Positions 59,638 to 64,000 of a stretch of DNA of 64,000 nt are shown piece after piece. This stretch comes from Bacteroidales bacterium (GTDB lineage: Bacteria; Bacteroidota; Bacteroidia; Bacteroidales; UBA932): NCBI GenBank assembly GCA_017626355.1, contig JAGAIY010000012.1:1876-65875 (forward strand), written 5' to 3'. Every line of letters starts with the position of its first letter. The stretch's first letter is position 1. The notes under the pieces were generated by a model. It did no database searches. It had not been told where the DNA came from and saw only the letters and a list, made by a program, of their open reading frames with translations. A program made the translations under genes and the position numbers.

Positions 59638-60246
59638 ATGGAAAACAGCATATTAAAACAGACGACAATCGAGTCATTGATCTATGAGGTTAGAGGGCAG
59701 AAGGTGATGCTGGATTTTGATCTGGCTGAATTGTATCAGGTAGAAACGAAGAGACTGAAAGAATCTGTCCGAAGAAATATCGAGCGTTTTGAAGGGGATG
59801 ATTTCATGTTTGAATTGACTTCTAAAGAGTATAACTCTTTGATAATCAGTTTGAGGTCGCAAATTGCGACCTCAAACGAGAGAGGTGGACGCAGACATAT
59901 GCCCTTCGCTTTTACAGAGCAGGGAGTAGCCATGTTATCCAGTGTCCTTAAAAGCGAAAGAGCAATTCAAGTCAACAGATCTATTATCAGAGCTTTCGTG
60001 GCAATGAGAAATTACATAATGTCAACAAAGACGATATCCGCTGAGCTGGAAGCGATAAAGGCAAAGCTGGAGCTTCTGGAGAGGAACGATGAGGACAATC
60101 TCGAGGCAATAAATGATCTGTCAGAGGATATGAGACGCGAGATAGACACAATATATCAGGCGATTGCGGCATTGTCCGTCAAAGAACCGACGCAGAATGA
60201 GCCACAGAGGCAGAAGATAGGGTTCAAGACGAATAATAGCAAATAA
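59638..60246 (+). CDS. ORF6N DNA-binding protein, copy 3
   Basis: Same motifs; ATG 59638 is 4 nt after the copy 2 stop. Confidence 0.9.
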   Translation: MENSILKQTTIESLIYEVRGQKVMLDFDLAELYQVETKRLKESVRRNIERFEGDDFMFELTSKEYNSLIISLRSQIATSNERGGRRHMPFAFTEQGVAMLSSVLKSERAIQVNRSIIRAFVAMRNYIMSTKTISAELEAIKAKLELLERNDEDNLEAINDLSEDMRREIDTIYQAIAALSVKEPTQNEPQRQKIGFKTNNSK

Positions 60247-60320
60247 AAACACCGCTGCCACGACTCGAGAAGCAGAAAAAAAGAAAAATGCTTCTCTCGT
60301 CCGTGGCAACGGTGTTTTTA
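60244..60320. terminator. Long imperfect inverted repeat between convergent ORF6N-3 and glyS (bidirectional terminator)
   Basis: TAAAAACACCG.TGCCACG..GAGAAGCA / TGCTTCTC..CGTGGCA.CGGTGTTTTTA. Confidence 0.7.
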
Positions 60321-60332
60321 TATAGAAAGCTC

Positions 60333-61874
60333 TTACTTCAGTTTCTTGAGAATGTTGCTGAGGTTCACCTCCTTGGCGATGATGCCGTGGAGATCCTCGA
60401 TCTTCACACGCTCCTGCTGCATAGAGTCGCGGTGACGGATGGTCACGCAACGGTCGTTAAGTGAGTCGTGGTCGATTGTGACGCAGAACGGTGTTCCGAT
60501 CGCATCCTGACGGCGGTATCTCTTACCGATTGAATCCTTCTCGTCGTACTGGCAGTTAAAGTCGTACTGGAGATCGTTCATGATCTCTCTTGCGAGCTCA
60601 GGAAGGCCGTCCTTCTTCACGAGCGGAAGCACTGCAACCTTGACAGGGGCGAGCGGTGCAGGAATGCTGAGGACAACGCGGCTTTCACCGTTCTCGAGCT
60701 GCTCCTCCTTGTATGCGTTCGAAAGAACGGCAAGGAACATACGGTCAACACCGATCGATGTCTCCACTACATAAGGAACATAGTTCTCGCCTGCCTCAGG
60801 ATCGAAGTACTGGATCTTCTTTCCTGAGAACTTCTGATGGTTTCCAAGGTCGAAATCCGTACGTGAGTGGATTCCCTCAAGCTCCTTGAAGCCGAACGGG
60901 AAGCGGAACTCGATGTCTGTAGCTGCATTTGCATAGTGAGCAAGCTTGTCATGGTCATGGAAACGATAGTTCTCGTCACCCATTCCGAGGGCCTTGTGCC
61001 ATGCCATACGGTTCTCCTTCCACTTTGCGAACCAGTCGAGCTCAGTTCCAGGCTTGATGAAGAACTGCATCTCCATCTGCTCGAACTCCCTCATACGGAA
61101 GATGAACTGACGTGCCACGATCTCGTTTCTGAAGGCCTTTCCGATCTGTGCGATACCGAAAGGAAGCTTCATGCGGCCTGTCTTCTGCACATTGAGATAG
61201 TTCACGAAAATACCCTGAGCGGTCTCAGGACGGAGATAGATGATGTTCGACTCGCCGGAAACGCTTCCGAGCTGGGTAGAGAACATGAGGTTGAACTGAC
61301 GTACATCAGTCCAGTTCTTTGTACCAGAAATCGGACATGCTATCTCGCAGTCAACGATGATCTGACGGAGTTCGGCAAGGTCATTTGCATTGAGTGCATC
61401 TGCCATTCTCTTGCGTACTGCATCGATCTTAGTCTGGTTTCTGAGGACATTCGGATTTGTAGCCCTGAACTGCTCCTCGTCGAAAGCATCAGCAAACTTC
61501 TTCCTGCCCTTCTCCACATCCTTCTCGATCTTTTCCTCGAGCTTGCCGATATAGTCCTCGATAAGCACATCGGCACGATATCTCTTCTTTGAATCCTTAT
61601 TGTCGATAAGCGGGTCGTTGAAGGCACCTACATGACCTGATGCCTCCCAGATTCTCGGATGCATGAAGATAGCCGAATCGATACCTACGATGTTCTCGTT
61701 GAGCCTTGTCATGGCCTCCCACCAGTATCTCTTGATATTGTTCTTAAGTTCGACTCCCATCTGTCCATAGTCGTAGACTGCGCCGAGACCGTCGTAGATC
61801 TCGCTTGAAGGGAAAATGAATCCGTACTCCTTGCAGTGAGCAACCAGAATCTTGAAAAGTTCTTCTTGTGTCAT
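60333..61874 (-). CDS. glyS: Glycine--tRNA ligase (alpha2 type)
   Basis: SEIYDG, YLRPETAQGIF, FRNEI, REFEQME, SIGKRYRRQD. Confidence 0.96.
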   Translation of the reverse strand: MTQEELFKILVAHCKEYGFIFPSSEIYDGLGAVYDYGQMGVELKNNIKRYWWEAMTRLNENIVGIDSAIFMHPRIWEASGHVGAFNDPLIDNKDSKKRYRADVLIEDYIGKLEEKIEKDVEKGRKKFADAFDEEQFRATNPNVLRNQTKIDAVRKRMADALNANDLAELRQIIVDCEIACPISGTKNWTDVRQFNLMFSTQLGSVSGESNIIYLRPETAQGIFVNYLNVQKTGRMKLPFGIAQIGKAFRNEIVARQFIFRMREFEQMEMQFFIKPGTELDWFAKWKENRMAWHKALGMGDENYRFHDHDKLAHYANAATDIEFRFPFGFKELEGIHSRTDFDLGNHQKFSGKKIQYFDPEAGENYVPYVVETSIGVDRMFLAVLSNAYKEEQLENGESRVVLSIPAPLAPVKVAVLPLVKKDGLPELAREIMNDLQYDFNCQYDEKDSIGKRYRRQDAIGTPFCVTIDHDSLNDRCVTIRHRDSMQQERVKIEDLHGIIAKEVNLSNILKKLK

Positions 61875-61878
61875 AGTA

Positions 61879-62340
61879 TTATAGTTTATTGTTTATCTCT
61901 CTCAAAGGAACCATAACAAAGTCCCTCTCATACATCAGCCTGTGCGGAACCGTCAGTTCCGGACAGTCGATTTCATTGTCTCCGAAGAGCAATATGTCTA
62001 TGTCTATTGGGCGGTCTTCATATACCCTGTCCCCTTTTTCATCGTAGCATGGTCCTGCCGTCCTGCCCATCTTCCTCTCTATATCCTTGCAGATTTCAAG
62101 GATCATCAGCCCCTGCGCTTCGGGATTGTATCCTTCCGGAAGTTCAAGTTCATAAAGAACGACGGCGTTCATGAACCTGGTATCGGATTCAAACCCCCAA
62201 GGATCCGTCTCCACAAGCGAAGAAATGGCCTTGTAAGGCGTTTTCAGTTCCATATTGAGCATAGATACGGCATGCTCTATATTCAGCCTCCTGTCGCCCT
62301 GATTCGAACCTAAACCGAGGTACAGCTCCACCCTCTCCAT
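61879..62340 (-). CDS. folK: HPPK (2-amino-4-hydroxy-6-hydroxymethyldihydropteridine diphosphokinase)
   Basis: YLGLGSNQGDR, FMNAV, RPIDIDILLF, VPH...RDFV..PL. Confidence 0.92.
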   Translation of the reverse strand: MERVELYLGLGSNQGDRRLNIEHAVSMLNMELKTPYKAISSLVETDPWGFESDTRFMNAVVLYELELPEGYNPEAQGLMILEICKDIERKMGRTAGPCYDEKGDRVYEDRPIDIDILLFGDNEIDCPELTVPHRLMYERDFVMVPLREINNKL

Positions 62341-62361
62341 CTTCCTCTCCCCTTCTGAAGT

Positions 62362-62733
62362 TCAGTTATCGAGACCAAGCTCCACAAGCGCCTCCTCCGA
62401 CATCCTGCTCTTGTCCCATACCGGTTCGAAGACAAGGTCAATCCTTGCACTCACGACTCCCGGAACATCCTCTACTGCCGTCTTGACCTGCTCCACAACA
62501 TAATCTGCCATAGGACAGTTAGGTGCTGTAAGGGTCATCTGGATATATACATTGTGGTCATCATCCACCTTCACCTCGTAAATAAGTCCGAGATCATATA
62601 CATTCACAGGAATCTCAGGGTCATAAACCTGCCTGAGAGCCATGATAATATCTCTTTCAAGTCTCATCTTTCTTTCCTTGTCTTCCTCTGCAACCTCTGC
62701 AGACTTTCTGTTAAACCAATCCTTCAGTCCCAT
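62362..62733 (-). CDS. sufT: DUF59/SufT Fe-S assembly protein
   Basis: VYDPEIPVNVYDLGLIY, MTLTAPNCP, MSEEA. Confidence 0.88.
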   Translation of the reverse strand: MGLKDWFNRKSAEVAEEDKERKMRLERDIIMALRQVYDPEIPVNVYDLGLIYEVKVDDDHNVYIQMTLTAPNCPMADYVVEQVKTAVEDVPGVVSARIDLVFEPVWDKSRMSEEALVELGLDN

Positions 62734-63133
62734 AAGCAGCCACTTCTCTGATCTTAGCTATCATGGAAACCAAGCCGTTCGCTCTTGTCGGCGAAAGGTT
62801 TTCCTTCAGACCTATCTTCTCCACGACAGAGAAATCTGAAGAAAGAATCTCCTGCGGAGTCCTGCCGGAATAAAGCCCTACCAGCAAGGAAATTATACCT
62901 TTTGTAATGATAGCATCACTGTCCGCATTGAAAATGACCTTTCCATCCTCTATCTTATGGTCAAGCCACACCCTCGACTGACATCCCTTGATGAGCTTGT
63001 CATCTGTCTTTGCAGACTCAGGATAGTCCTGCAGAGACTTTCCAAGCTCTATGAGATATTCGTATTTGTCGAGCCATTCCTCATACATCGAAAATTCCTC
63101 GACAATGGCGTTTTCTGCTTCAATCAATGTCAT
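62711..63133 (-). CDS. sufE: SufE sulfur acceptor
   Basis: YEYLIELGK, IKGCQSRVW, ADSDA, LSPTRANGL. Confidence 0.92.
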   Translation of the reverse strand: MTLIEAENAIVEEFSMYEEWLDKYEYLIELGKSLQDYPESAKTDDKLIKGCQSRVWLDHKIEDGKVIFNADSDAIITKGIISLLVGLYSGRTPQEILSSDFSVVEKIGLKENLSPTRANGLVSMIAKIREVAAYGTEGLV

Positions 63134-64000
63134 ACCAACATATCTATCGCCCTATTCAGGCATTCAACAAAATATTCTGCTTCCTCCATCGTATTGTAGG
63201 GAGCAAGGGAAACCCTGAGCATACCTGTCACCCCGAATCTGTCCATCAAAGGTTCCGCACACATCTGACCGGAACGTACGGCAATTCCCATCTTGTCAAG
63301 AATCAGAGCAAGATCCTCATGGTGTACCCCATCCACGCTAAATGAAAAAAGAGGTATCTTCTCCTCATTTGTTCCACGAGGAACACCATACAACCTTATT
63401 CTCCCATCCGATGTCAATCTGTCAAGAAGGAAATCTCTGACAGTATCGTTATATTTTATTAACTCATTATTATTCAATAAGTTAATACATTCCAAAGCAG
63501 GTTTCAGAGTGGCAGCTGATGCAAAATTCTGCGTACCTGCCTCAAATTTCATAGGAAGTGGAGCATAAGTGGTTTCTGCAAAGGATACAGTTCCCACCAT
63601 CTCACCGCCACCCATGTAAGGAGGCATATCCTCAAGCCACTTCTTCTTTCCATACAGCACTCCGGTACCGGTCGCCGCATAAAGCTTATGACCTGAAAAG
63701 ACGTAGAAATCACAGTCCATATCCTGAACGTCTACCCTGCAGTGCACCGCTCCCTGTGCTCCGTCGACCAGAACCGGAACTCCACGCGAATGACATTCCG
63801 CAATTATATCCTTCACAGGATTTATTATTCCGAGAACATTCGAAATATGAGTTACGGCCACTATCCTTGTCCTGTCCGTAAGAAGTCCGCCGAGCTCTTC
63901 CACCATCAGATGACCGCTGTCATCCACCGGAAGAACCTTAAGAACGGCACCCTTGCGACGGCACATCATCTGCCATGGAACAATGTTGGAATGGTGCTCA
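63130..64000 (-). CDS. sufS: Cysteine desulfurase SufS (5' end lies outside the window)
   Basis: EHHSNIVPWQ at the window edge, DGAQ, FSGHK (PLP Lys), KFEAGT, RSGQMCA. Confidence 0.9.
   Translation of the reverse strand, partial: EHHSNIVPWQMMCRRKGAVLKVLPVDDSGHLMVEELGGLLTDRTRIVAVTHISNVLGIINPVKDIIAECHSRGVPVLVDGAQGAVHCRVDVQDMDCDFYVFSGHKLYAATGTGVLYGKKKWLEDMPPYMGGGEMVGTVSFAETTYAPLPMKFEAGTQNFASAATLKPALECINLLNNNELIKYNDTVRDFLLDRLTSDGRIRLYGVPRGTNEEKIPLFSFSVDGVHHEDLALILDKMGIAVRSGQMCAEPLMDRFGVTGMLRVSLAPYNTMEEAEYFVECLNRAIDMLV

Noticed and set aside
58451-60246. ORF6N array as a CRISPR array, DGR, integron or shufflon
   Set aside because: No short repeat-spacer periodicity, no reverse transcriptase or adenine-specific variation, and no recombinase in the window; units are whole direct-repeat genes.

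Overview
Chromosomal segment of a Bacteroidales bacterium, inferred from a SusC/SusD PUL, TAnnTTTG -7 promoters and alpha2-type GlyRS. It holds housekeeping genes (cdaA, mutS2, secDF, floA, tRNA-Ser(GCT), ybaK, dnaE, glyS, folK, sufT/E/S), scattered glycosidases (GH127/146, GH29, GH95, GH95-like, GH43) and a ~23 kb acetyl-(gluco)mannan utilisation locus (11729-34785). No integrase, transposase or CRISPR array was seen. The most unusual element is an AT-richer tandem array of three ORF6N (KilA-N-like) DNA-binding genes (58451-60246). Their C-termini are near-invariant and their DNA-binding domains diverge. Each gene carries its own 27-31 bp palindrome at the same codon position, with compensatory changes between copies, and the array sits behind a terminator-like leader. 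Also notable are a His-rich leader ORF ending in RGPP upstream of a TonB receptor, a ThiL homologue lacking its catalytic aspartates, and an acyl-CoA ligase/UbiA/radical-SAM operon. All family calls come from motif recognition by eye; no database search was run.
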